Virus record (IMG/VR): IMGVR_UViG_3300013103_000005
Span: 1-64,000 of that record
DNA: 64,000 nt
Strand: one strand, 5' to 3'
Source: a virus
In this document: positions 29,855 to 39,126 of the stretch, piece after piece
Numbering within the stretch: position 1 is the stretch's first letter
Layout: each line of letters opens with the position of its first letter
Translations under genes and position numbers: made by a program
The notes under the pieces: generated by a model
What the model was told of the DNA's origin: nothing
Database searches by the model: none
What the model saw: the letters and a program-made list of their open reading frames with translations, nothing else

Positions 29855-30256
29855 ATGCCTAGTACTCCAACAACTCCATTATCAAATGTGGAATGGGGCG
29901 AATTTCAAGATTTTATTTCTTCTCAAATACAATTAGTGTTAGATAAATTAGATGAAATATTTAATACTTACACAGGAAATTATCCTTCTAATTCTCAGCA
30001 AAATATTCAAAGATTAAGATATATTCAAGAAACAAATGCTTCGGGTCAAGCTCCAATGTCTTTATTTACCCAAGCAATTTTTGAATATATGACTAAAACA
30101 GATTTAAACGGAGATGGAAAAATATTTGGTCACGACTTTGTCTGGGAACAACCGCAACCAGCTTTAGAAGGGGTTACCTTAGCAGCTAAACAAAGAAATC
30201 CTAATATCGAAGTGGTGCCTGGTGAACCTCCTCCCGATTTAATTTATAATGGGTGA
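29855..30256 (+). CDS. Hypothetical protein (DLNGDG Ca-binding-like loop)
   Basis: SD AAGGAG. Confidence 0.55.
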   Translation: MPSTPTTPLSNVEWGEFQDFISSQIQLVLDKLDEIFNTYTGNYPSNSQQNIQRLRYIQETNASGQAPMSLFTQAIFEYMTKTDLNGDGKIFGHDFVWEQPQPALEGVTLAAKQRNPNIEVVPGEPPPDLIYNG

Positions 30257-30417
30257 TAGGTCGGCGGGTCGTGTATTTATTTACCCATCCCTCTAACCCC
30301 CACCCACCACCCATTATATTAATACTCTATTTTTATTATACAATAAAAATAGAAATAAATAAAAATTAATGAAGAAAAATATTAATTAACATAAACACGG
30401 CATGCGGTAGGTGTTAG

Positions 30418-30618
30418 ATGGAAAGAATATTTGAAAATAAAAATTGGAAGATTGAAATTGGGGATAATGATGTTATTTATTTGACTAAAAAGTTTGGAAA
30501 TAAAGATATTCAAGTTATAATTATTTCTCCTAATGATAAAATTATTTCTTTTAAGAATGTCTTCCTAATCGGTGATTTATTTTCTATTAAACAAATAGAA
30601 AAAGGTTTAACGCATTAA
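30418..30618 (+). CDS. Small hypothetical protein
   Basis: ORF whose stop codon lies inside palindrome copy 13. Confidence 0.4.
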   Translation: MERIFENKNWKIEIGDNDVIYLTKKFGNKDIQVIIISPNDKIISFKNVFLIGDLFSIKQIEKGLTH

Positions 30619-30623
30619 ACTTT
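30602..30623. repeat. Palindrome copy 13 (CGCA)
   Basis: AAGGTTTAACGCATTAAACTTT. Confidence 0.9.
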
Positions 30624-30638
30624 TGAAAGGTTTAATTG

Positions 30639-31118
30639 ATGCTTGATTTTTTAGGTAAATTTAATAAAAAAGATTATGATGAATTAAAACAATTTATAGA
30701 TTCCGAAGAAGCCAATTTAAATGAAATTTTATCCTTTATAGATTATAGAATTCAATCATTGACTACTTTATTAAATAAATTATCTCAAGCAGAACAGACT
30801 TTAGGAATTAAAACTACTTTAACAAAAGATGAATCTAATTTATCCCCTCAGACTCCTAATAGTACTCAAAATGAAGTAGATAACGATTTTGAAGTAGCAT
30901 CTTCAATAAGGTCTTTAAAATATCCATTTGAATCTATCATTAAATTTAAAGGCGAAAATTTAGAATTTAGGATTAAAAAGGTCTTAGATGAGATAACAAG
31001 CCTTAAAAATTTTAAGTATTATATAGAGGAATGGTTAAAAACAAAACAGAAAGATATAGTAGATTCTAAAGTGCAAAGGTTTTTATCTAGTGATAATTAC
31101 CCAGAAGTAAAAGTTTAA
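30639..31118 (+). CDS. Hypothetical coiled-coil protein in the baseplate region
   Basis: ORF bracketed by two palindromes. Confidence 0.5.
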   Translation: MLDFLGKFNKKDYDELKQFIDSEEANLNEILSFIDYRIQSLTTLLNKLSQAEQTLGIKTTLTKDESNLSPQTPNSTQNEVDNDFEVASSIRSLKYPFESIIKFKGENLEFRIKKVLDEITSLKNFKYYIEEWLKTKQKDIVDSKVQRFLSSDNYPEVKV

Positions 31119-31131
31119 CGCGTTAAACTTT
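31110..31131. repeat. Palindrome copy 14 (CGCG)
   Basis: Contains the stop codon. Confidence 0.95.
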
Positions 31132-31143
31132 TGGGGTTTGAAT

Positions 31144-31857
31144 ATGGCTACATTAGATTTATCAGTTAGAAAGATTTGTAAACATCAAGTCAAAAAAGAA
31201 AAACAAGCTATCGAACCTGATGGAAAAACAATTAGGCTCGATAGACCTGTTTCTTCTAAAAGTTCTATTAAGCTTTATATAAATGGGTACGAAATCCCTA
31301 AAAATCAGTATTCAGTAGTAGAAGACGAATTAGGGGTTACCCTCGATAAAGTTAAAATAGTTTTAAAGAACCCGAGAAAAAGTTATTTAGATGATGTAGT
31401 TGAAATTGATTATAATACAACTGTATCTAATTGTAGAATGTGCCACGGAAGGGGCGAATTAGATGACTTGAATACTTCTACTGCTAAAAGTTTAATTTTT
31501 ATTTCAGATAGAGATAAACTAAGACAAGATATAGATAAGATAATTGTTACGGTATTAAATTCCAATCCGTTTCATCAATGGTATGGAACTTTATTAACTG
31601 AATATATTGGCAAAAAGATATCTAATTTAGATAGATTAAGGAGAAGAATAACGATAGAAGTCCAAGACGCTTTAGAAAAGTTAAAAGACTTACAGAGACA
31701 ACAAGAAACTTATCAATCTTTATCTGATGGAGAAGTATTATTAAGATTTGAAGGATTAGATGTAATGATTCACGGCCAGAACACAATTAAAATAGATTTT
31801 ACAGTAATGACTAGGGAATTGGATATGTTAAAGGTATCCCAAGTTTATAGGTTTTAG
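31144..31857 (+). CDS. Baseplate wedge protein (gp25/gpW-like)
   Basis: KL.QDI.KI..T...SNPFH.WYGT.L...IG motif. Confidence 0.7.
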   Translation: MATLDLSVRKICKHQVKKEKQAIEPDGKTIRLDRPVSSKSSIKLYINGYEIPKNQYSVVEDELGVTLDKVKIVLKNPRKSYLDDVVEIDYNTTVSNCRMCHGRGELDDLNTSTAKSLIFISDRDKLRQDIDKIIVTVLNSNPFHQWYGTLLTEYIGKKISNLDRLRRRITIEVQDALEKLKDLQRQQETYQSLSDGEVLLRFEGLDVMIHGQNTIKIDFTVMTRELDMLKVSQVYRF

Positions 31858-31858
31858 A

Positions 31859-31880
31859 AAAGTTTAACGCATTAAACTTT
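31859..31880. repeat. Palindrome copy 15 (CGCA)
   Basis: Direct read. Confidence 0.95.
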
Positions 31881-31891
31881 GAGGAGATAGA

Positions 31892-34800
31892 ATGGAAGTT
31901 CAAAGGCCAACAGAAATTCATATAGACACTAGGGAAAATTCAGTAATACTCACGATACTTAAACCCGAACAAGAAGAAATAATCGGGATAAATATTTATT
32001 ACTCCGAACAAATGGGAGGAGGTGTTAACGGTTATTCTAAGATTAACCCTACTCCCATCACAGAAATACAATCTGAAATAGAATATACTGAACCTATTTC
32101 CGAAACAGTAGAAATTAAAGGCGACCAGAAGACAACTACAAAGATAGAAAGGATAAAGAAGAAGCAATATTTTATTTACGAACATACAGGATTAGAAGCA
32201 AATAAAACTTATTATTATGTAGTTACATCCGTAGCTTATGATTCAGGAACAGGACAATACTATGAGAGTCCTTATTCAATAGAAGTTAGCGGTACCCCTT
32301 TTATTTTAACGGATGCTATACAAGAAATAAAAACTCGTTCTCATTTAGAAATAGTACAATCTTACATTCAATCTATATGGGAAAATTATCCCGATTTAGA
32401 CTTAAAGCCCGGAACAGTTAATAGGGATATTTTAATAGACCCGCCTTCTAAAGAACTAGAAAAAATATATACGATTTTAGATTTCATTTCCAAGTCTCAA
32501 TCGATTGTAACATTATTACGAATGGACGATGCTGATAATGATAGAGTATCTGACGACGTAGCAACTAGTCCTTATAAGCAAAAACTTAAAGAAGCTTTTA
32601 TGTTTGAAACTGACGAAGAAGTACAAGCTTTAATAGATTCTGCTTTTGATAAAAAAGCTTCTGATGTAGGTATAACTAGGGGAACAGCGGAATATGCTAT
32701 TGGAGAAGTGATATTTTATAGCGATTATGACTTTACTACTTTAACATCAGAAATAGAAATACCGGCAGGAACTATTGTAAGTACCTTAGCAGATCCTGAA
32801 GCAGGAATAGAAGCTCAAAGATTTGTAACCTTGTCTACAATAAATATAGTCCCTGAAACTGTAGAAGATTATTACAACCCTTCGAGAGCAAGGTATGAAT
32901 TTCCTGTAGCTATAAGAGCAATGGAAACAGGTTCTAAAGGAAATGTTCCTGCTGAAACTATAACAGTTATAGAAACAGAGATTCCTGCTTATGGATTTAA
33001 TGTTATAAATCTAGAGGCAACTTTAAATGGACAGGACGAAGAATCTAATTGGTCACTAGCCCAAAGAACCTTATTAGCTTTTATTGGGGTTGATATAGGA
33101 ACAAAAGGTGGTTATTTGCGTTCAATCGCTGCTCATGAAAATGTAGAGGAAGCAAAAGTAATAGAATCAGGCAATTACTATATGCAGAGAGATTATGATG
33201 AGGTAAGACATAAGCATATAGGTGGTAAAGTAGATATTTATGTAAGAGGAGATAATTTAGTAGAAAAAACCGACAAATTTGCTTTTGAATATCCTTTAGT
33301 TTCCGATGAAGTAGCCACGATTGTTAATTCTTCTTCTATGGTTATTGAGACTACAAATAGCGATGTTTCTTCAGACAAACCTATCTTTACAGTTTTATGG
33401 ATTAGAAATAATACTAAATCTGCTTATTATAATCTTTCAAAATTGCAAATAATAAATGGAACCCAAATAGATATTGACGAGACAATCCCTGAAAATTCTA
33501 GTATAGGAATGGACGATACTGATGTTATAGAAATTGCTTATAGATATAGGGCAGATATAGACCATATATTTAAAACTCAACCCGTAAGAAGTATTAGTGA
33601 TTTAGATGGTTTGATTTCAGGAACAGATTTAGAAGCAGTTGCTATCTTAGCAAAAACAGAAGACCCGTTGTTATTAGGTAATTCTGCTAAAGCTAGCGAT
33701 TTTGTTAGATTTAAATGGGATGGTTCAATCCCTTTAGATAGAGAAAAAGTAGAAGATGAGGAAAAAACTTTAACAGGAACAGATTGGGTTTATTTAGATA
33801 AGAGGGGAATTGATTCTGAAACGGTAGTGGTTAAAGATAGTACGGGAACTACAATTTATGTTTTAAATCAAGATTATGAATTACAAACAGAAGATAATTT
33901 AGTTAAAATTAGAAGAATTACAACTGGGGCTATCGGAGATGGAGATACGGTAAAAGTAGATTATTATCATAAACATAATGTAGATGGGGAGACTTTAGTT
34001 TTAAGACATCAGGTTTTTGTTCCAATACAAAATTATGGGGTTGATGAACAATATTTGAAAGTAAAATCTTCAGATGGTTCTGTTACTTATGATAAAAATA
34101 TTGATTACGAATTATTATCAGAAACAGAAGATTCTCCAATACAAATAAGGAGGATTCCAGGAGGAGCAATAGCCGATGGGGCGACTGTAAAGGTTTATTA
34201 TGAATGCACTGAAAATGTAACTGCTAAATATGTAGTGAATAGTACTATACAAAGTGCTCAAACTGCGATAGAAGAAAAGAGGCATATTACTGCAGATGTA
34301 GTTTGCAAAGAAGTTTTTATAACCAAAGTAGATATTTCAATCAAAGTCAAAAAGAAAGAAAATGCTACTATAAGTGCCTTGAATGGCGGTATTAGAACTG
34401 CTATTTCAAATTTCTTAAATAATCTCAGAATCGGAGAAAGCGTACATCAATCAGATATTATAGGGGTAATAGAATCTGTTCCTGAGGTAGATTATGTTCA
34501 AGTGCCTTTAGAAAAAATTGCTAGAATAGACGATTCAATAATAGTTAAGGAAAGAATAGATAATTCAAGAGCTAATTGGTCTAAAATAACAGGACTTACA
34601 GTAGATTATTATCGTTCAGACCCGAATATTTTAAAACATCCTACAATTGATAATGGTGGATATTGGTACGAATTTGTAGGAATGTATGCTAATGATTTTC
34701 CTTTAGAACAAGTTTATACAGAATCAGAAGTAGGACAAGCTCCTGGAAGATTCTTTATAGGTGATTTAGGGAGTGGTATCGTAGTGAGTGTTTCAATTCC

Positions 34801-34948
34801 AGATTTCTTTCCTCCTGGAAGGGATGTAAATGATATAAATTGGACTATAACATATCACGTTTTTAATGAAACAGGCCCTAATGATTTAGAAGTATCAGAC
34901 CTTGAAAAGTTAGAATTAAATAATCTAGATATTGCATTGTTAGAATAA
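31892..34948 (+). CDS. Baseplate J-like wedge protein
   Basis: A.G.V.F, IPAGT.V, G..GNVPA.TI, G.DEES, GGKVDIYV and IGESV..SDI...I..V..VD motifs. Confidence 0.85.
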   Translation: MEVQRPTEIHIDTRENSVILTILKPEQEEIIGINIYYSEQMGGGVNGYSKINPTPITEIQSEIEYTEPISETVEIKGDQKTTTKIERIKKKQYFIYEHTGLEANKTYYYVVTSVAYDSGTGQYYESPYSIEVSGTPFILTDAIQEIKTRSHLEIVQSYIQSIWENYPDLDLKPGTVNRDILIDPPSKELEKIYTILDFISKSQSIVTLLRMDDADNDRVSDDVATSPYKQKLKEAFMFETDEEVQALIDSAFDKKASDVGITRGTAEYAIGEVIFYSDYDFTTLTSEIEIPAGTIVSTLADPEAGIEAQRFVTLSTINIVPETVEDYYNPSRARYEFPVAIRAMETGSKGNVPAETITVIETEIPAYGFNVINLEATLNGQDEESNWSLAQRTLLAFIGVDIGTKGGYLRSIAAHENVEEAKVIESGNYYMQRDYDEVRHKHIGGKVDIYVRGDNLVEKTDKFAFEYPLVSDEVATIVNSSSMVIETTNSDVSSDKPIFTVLWIRNNTKSAYYNLSKLQIINGTQIDIDETIPENSSIGMDDTDVIEIAYRYRADIDHIFKTQPVRSISDLDGLISGTDLEAVAILAKTEDPLLLGNSAKASDFVRFKWDGSIPLDREKVEDEEKTLTGTDWVYLDKRGIDSETVVVKDSTGTTIYVLNQDYELQTEDNLVKIRRITTGAIGDGDTVKVDYYHKHNVDGETLVLRHQVFVPIQNYGVDEQYLKVKSSDGSVTYDKNIDYELLSETEDSPIQIRRIPGGAIADGATVKVYYECTENVTAKYVVNSTIQSAQTAIEEKRHITADVVCKEVFITKVDISIKVKKKENATISALNGGIRTAISNFLNNLRIGESVHQSDIIGVIESVPEVDYVQVPLEKIARIDDSIIVKERIDNSRANWSKITGLTVDYYRSDPNILKHPTIDNGGYWYEFVGMYANDFPLEQVYTESEVGQAPGRFFIGDLGSGIVVSVSIPDFFPPGRDVNDINWTITYHVFNETGPNDLEVSDLEKLELNNLDIALLE

Positions 34949-34968
34949 AGTTTAACGCGTTAAACTTT
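34947..34968. repeat. Palindrome copy 16 (CGCG)
   Basis: Direct read. Confidence 0.95.
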
Positions 34969-34979
34969 GAGGATAGGAG

Positions 34980-36314
34980 ATGATAAATTATACTATTCTT
35001 AAAAATCCTAGATTATATGAGAGAAATAAAGAATGGTTTAAGACTTTAAAAGAATTAGAAGAAAGCTTTACGAACGATTTATTATCTTTATTAGCTAGTA
35101 ATTACGATACAAATATCCCTTCTACCCTTTACGGATTGCATTATAAAGCTTTAGCTAGAGAATTTTCTCAATTTATTATAGATTCTCAAGAAGTAGTTAA
35201 TGATTTATTTCCAGATATATCAAGACTAGAAGCTATTTGGAAAAATTTAGGAAGTTATTTAGGAGAACCTGGTAAAGGATTTCCACCTCACGAAGTAGAT
35301 ATAAATACTAATGAAGATTATCGTGATTTATTACTTGCTATTAAGTTTTGTTTGCTTGGCGGTTCTACTTATGATAATCTTAAAGAAGGGATGAGATTAT
35401 TTTTAGGAGAGAATATAGAAGTTTATGAAGAATATTTAGAACCGCCAGATGAAATAGCAAAAACTTTTATGTTTAGGGTTCAAGTATTGATTCCAGATGA
35501 TTTATCTGGTCAGTACTTGTTAACAAGGGCTTTTAGAAATGCTCAAAAATTATTAAATTTAGTAAAACCTGCTCACACATTAGGAAGAGTCGTTCCAACT
35601 TTTACAGAAGAGTTTCATATTTATGATTGTAATTTTTATAGAGATGAAAATGGAAATTTGATTCTTTTTAGCGGAGCAGAACATCCTTATGAAGGAGCAT
35701 TCACTTTAAACGATGTGGATTTGTATTATGATTTTTTAATGTCTGAATCTATTTATATGGCAAGACATCACCATGTAGGTTTATTTGGAAAATCAAGATT
35801 AAAAGGTTATGATATAAATTGGAAAGATAAAGAGAATCTAATAATTACTAAAATTCAAAATCATTTGCATAGGGATAGTTCTTATTATGGCGGCCCTTTT
35901 GGGTGGGGAATATTAGGTTATGGCGGAAGTAATTTTATCATAGTCAATCTAGGTGAGGTAAGAGGCAAGGGATGGCTTAATTTTGATTATACTGGTAACA
36001 GGTTCTTATGGCCACATAAACCTATAAATACATCTAATAGAATTTGTGAGTCTTCGAGAATATTCAGGGTTAAACGAGATTTAGAAAATTATAATTTGGA
36101 TTCTATTCAGGAAGATTATTATTGGACTGAGAAAATATCTGATACTTATTCCATTACAGAAGAGGTTTCTGGAGTAGAGTTTGTTTTAGGGCCTAGTGGA
36201 AGTTGGACATCAGAATTGAATACAGGATTAGATATTTTAGGGCCAATTCCAACTAATATTCAAGCAGGAGACCCAACGATTACCAATATTACTATTGAAT
36301 ATACAGAGTTATAA
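34980..36314 (+). CDS. Baseplate wedge protein (gpI-like)
   Basis: YR..L......GGST and VKPAHT motifs; follows baseplate J. Confidence 0.7.
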   Translation: MINYTILKNPRLYERNKEWFKTLKELEESFTNDLLSLLASNYDTNIPSTLYGLHYKALAREFSQFIIDSQEVVNDLFPDISRLEAIWKNLGSYLGEPGKGFPPHEVDINTNEDYRDLLLAIKFCLLGGSTYDNLKEGMRLFLGENIEVYEEYLEPPDEIAKTFMFRVQVLIPDDLSGQYLLTRAFRNAQKLLNLVKPAHTLGRVVPTFTEEFHIYDCNFYRDENGNLILFSGAEHPYEGAFTLNDVDLYYDFLMSESIYMARHHHVGLFGKSRLKGYDINWKDKENLIITKIQNHLHRDSSYYGGPFGWGILGYGGSNFIIVNLGEVRGKGWLNFDYTGNRFLWPHKPINTSNRICESSRIFRVKRDLENYNLDSIQEDYYWTEKISDTYSITEEVSGVEFVLGPSGSWTSELNTGLDILGPIPTNIQAGDPTITNITIEYTEL

Positions 36315-36344
36315 TTAAATCTATTAAGCTCGGAGGTAGAAGAA

Positions 36345-36869
36345 ATGCCTACCTTTACTAAGAGGTTAAATTTAGAAAAGCCGAAACGTGGAGAATATCT
36401 TAATACTTGGGATATCCCACTTAACGCTAATTTTGATAAATTAGACCAATATCTCGGCGAACATTTAGAAAATGGTTTCGTTCATGTTCATGTAGGTACT
36501 TATCCACCGTCTCACCCAGAGACTGAAGGACCCGCTATTTGGTTGGATACTTCTTCTAGCCCTCCTGTTTTAAAGGTTTGGGATTCTGTTCAAGATTCTT
36601 GGGTAATTATTACCGGCGGGGGCGTACCGGGTGCGAATAGGCAAGTAGAATATCATCAGATTACCCAAGCTGAATTAGACGCTGGGTGTTTTGATTTAAC
36701 TAAAGGAACTCCAGTTGCGCCTGCGGAGGTTATCCTTTGTCCTATTGGGGGAATCCCTCAGCAATATGGGGTCGACTTTTCTGTTTCTGGGAGGACTATT
36801 AATTTGTATGGGGATTTGCTTAATGATTTGGCTGATGGAGACTGGTTAAGGGTAGTTTACGAAACATAA
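36345..36869 (+). CDS. Tail fibre anchor/adaptor
   Basis: T.RLNL.KP....W...LN.NFDKLD and IWLDTS....LKVW motifs. Confidence 0.6.
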   Translation: MPTFTKRLNLEKPKRGEYLNTWDIPLNANFDKLDQYLGEHLENGFVHVHVGTYPPSHPETEGPAIWLDTSSSPPVLKVWDSVQDSWVIITGGGVPGANRQVEYHQITQAELDAGCFDLTKGTPVAPAEVILCPIGGIPQQYGVDFSVSGRTINLYGDLLNDLADGDWLRVVYET

Positions 36870-36889
36870 TTATTTTAAGGAGGTGCGGT

Positions 36890-38599
36890 ATGTCTAAATT
36901 AAAAACTAAATGGATTGAGGATGCAGCTATAACAAAGGAAAAGCTTAATTCGGATGTTGCGGGGGATGGTTTATCTGGTGGAGCAGGGTCGGCTTTATCT
37001 GTTAATGTGGATAATTCGACACTTGAGATATTCTCTGATTCATTACAAGTTAAATCAGAAGGTATTACTGAGAGCCATCTTGCTATAACTGTAGCGGGAG
37101 AAGGCCTTACAGGTGGAGGTGGTTCTCCTTTATCTGTTCAAGTGGACGATTCTTCTATTGAAATAGCGACGGGGGTTTTACGAATCAAAACCGGTGGTGT
37201 TCTTAATGAAATGTTAGCAGGCGGTATTACAGATGATAAGCTGTTTAATACTTATATAAACGCAGATGGAACTACACCGTTGTTTGGAAACTGGGATTTA
37301 GGCGGGACTTTTACTATAACAAACGTTCCTAACCCTACTTCTGACAGTCAAATCGCAAATAAAAGTTATGTTGATAGCGTTGCCCAAGGACTTGATGTTA
37401 AGGATAGCGTGAGAGCTTTAGCAGATTCTAATGTTACAACTAGCGGGACAACTACTATAGATGGAGTTTCTTTGTCTGCTGGTGATAGGGTGTTATTAAC
37501 TGGCCAGACAAATGGTGTAGAAAACGGTATTTGGGTGGTTCAGACAGGTTCTTGGACGAGACCAGATGATTTTGCTAATGGAAGTTCTGTTGCTGGTGCT
37601 TTTACCTTCGTAGAATCAGGGAATACTTACGCCGATAGTGGATGGGTATGTACTAACGATAGTGGTTCTGATATCGTTGGAACAGATAGTTTATCCTTCT
37701 CGCAATTTTCTGGGGCAGGCCAAATAACTGCTGGGGCTGGTTTAACTAAAACTGGAAATACTTTAAACGTTGGTCAGAATTCTACAGGTGGTATTAAGGT
37801 AAACGCAGATGATATTCAACTTAATGTAGATAATTCAACTATTGAGATTTCAGGAACAGATCCTGGAACTGTTCAAGTTAAGGCAGGTGGAATAACAGGA
37901 AATCATTTAAGTTCTTCAGTAGCCGGGGCTGGTTTAACAGGTGGTGGAGGAAACGCTCTATCTGTAAACGTAGATAATTCTACTATTGAGATTATAGCAG
38001 ATGCCCTACAAGTAAAAGCCGGAGGGATAACAGAAAATCATTTAAATACCTCGGTTGCGGGAAATGGTTTAACAGGCGGTGGCGGTAATCCTCTCGCAGT
38101 TGGAGCTGGTTCTGGTATAACTGTAAACGCTGACTCAATCGAGGTAAATCCTGCTGATTTAATCTCTGGCGGTTCTGCAGAGATAGACGGTGATAAAATA
38201 GATATAGATTGGAATCCTTCTAATTATACACCAACTACTTCCCCATCGGAGGTAGATAATGTTGACCAATTGACTGCCCATTTGGCAGGAATCGATAATG
38301 CTCTGGCTGGAATCTCTACAGAGAATATTTACCAAGAAATGCATACTATAACTTCCGCAGAAGAGACTGCCGGTTATTTTACATTAACACATACCCCTGT
38401 TAATGCGAGGAGCGTGAGAGTAGATGTTGTAGGTGGGATTAGACAAATAAATAAACAAGCAGTTAATGGAACCGGGCTGACCCCTGATTTTGATATTTTA
38501 AATAATAATCAGTTGCACTTTAATAACAACGGCGGAGCAACAGGGCTTAGCGGAGATTTATCAGCTGGCGATACTTTGATTATTTGTTATCAATACTAA
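36890..38599 (+). CDS. Gly-rich tail fibre/whisker protein
   Basis: Repeated VAG.GLTGGGG..LSVNVDNSTIEI units; GDRVLL.GQT...ENGIW motif. Confidence 0.75.
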   Translation: MSKLKTKWIEDAAITKEKLNSDVAGDGLSGGAGSALSVNVDNSTLEIFSDSLQVKSEGITESHLAITVAGEGLTGGGGSPLSVQVDDSSIEIATGVLRIKTGGVLNEMLAGGITDDKLFNTYINADGTTPLFGNWDLGGTFTITNVPNPTSDSQIANKSYVDSVAQGLDVKDSVRALADSNVTTSGTTTIDGVSLSAGDRVLLTGQTNGVENGIWVVQTGSWTRPDDFANGSSVAGAFTFVESGNTYADSGWVCTNDSGSDIVGTDSLSFSQFSGAGQITAGAGLTKTGNTLNVGQNSTGGIKVNADDIQLNVDNSTIEISGTDPGTVQVKAGGITGNHLSSSVAGAGLTGGGGNALSVNVDNSTIEIIADALQVKAGGITENHLNTSVAGNGLTGGGGNPLAVGAGSGITVNADSIEVNPADLISGGSAEIDGDKIDIDWNPSNYTPTTSPSEVDNVDQLTAHLAGIDNALAGISTENIYQEMHTITSAEETAGYFTLTHTPVNARSVRVDVVGGIRQINKQAVNGTGLTPDFDILNNNQLHFNNNGGATGLSGDLSAGDTLIICYQY

Positions 38600-38608
38600 G
38601 ATTTAACT

Positions 38609-38637
38609 GAGGAGGCTTAATGCCTCCTCTTTAATTT
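38609..38637 (+). terminator. Intrinsic terminator
   Basis: GAGGAGGC-TTAAT-GCCTCCTC followed by TTTAATTT. Confidence 0.7.
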
Positions 38638-38654
38638 ATTTGGAGGAGATTAGT

Positions 38655-39026
38655 ATGAAACGAGGAAAGAACGAAAATCCCTTGTATCAAAGGATGAAGA
38701 ATATTCAATTAGCTTTAGAAAATTTAGGATTTGATAAGTTAGAAATACCCGAAGCTCCGGGTGAATACCCTGATTGGTTAAAAATAGTTTATAAAGATTT
38801 ATTTTTATTAGTGAATACTGCTAGGTTAGACCCTTCTGTTTCTTCAGAAAAGTTAGTTAATTTAGGCTTATTAGCTAAAAGGATTTGTGAATACTTATAT
38901 TTATCGGCTAAGCATTTTTCTGAGATAAGTAATGTAGATATTTCTCAACTAGGTAATTTGGATGTAGTTGGGATGATAGTCGAAAAATTCGAACAAGAAA
39001 GGGCTAAGTTAAATTCCGACAGTTGA
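38655..39026 (+). CDS. Hypothetical protein
   Basis: ATG 38655 follows GGAGGAG. Confidence 0.5.
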   Translation: MKRGKNENPLYQRMKNIQLALENLGFDKLEIPEAPGEYPDWLKIVYKDLFLLVNTARLDPSVSSEKLVNLGLLAKRICEYLYLSAKHFSEISNVDISQLGNLDVVGMIVEKFEQERAKLNSDS

Positions 39027-39061
39027 AGTCCTTTCTGTGGGATATATCCGTGGGTGGTTAG

Positions 39062-39083
39062 AAAGTTTAACGCGTTAAACTTT
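39062..39083. repeat. Palindrome copy 17 (CGCG), apex of a long hairpin at 39029-39116
   Basis: GAAAGTTTAACGCGTTAAACTTTC with further flanking complementarity. Confidence 0.95.
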
Positions 39084-39126
39084 CAAGACCACGAACACGG
39101 CAAAAAGCAGAAAGGAGGTTATAATA

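Noticed and set aside
36950-38140. Tail-fibre repeats as DGR template/variable repeats
   Set aside because: These are protein-level repeats with synonymous divergence, not adenine-specific changes, and no reverse transcriptase is in the window.
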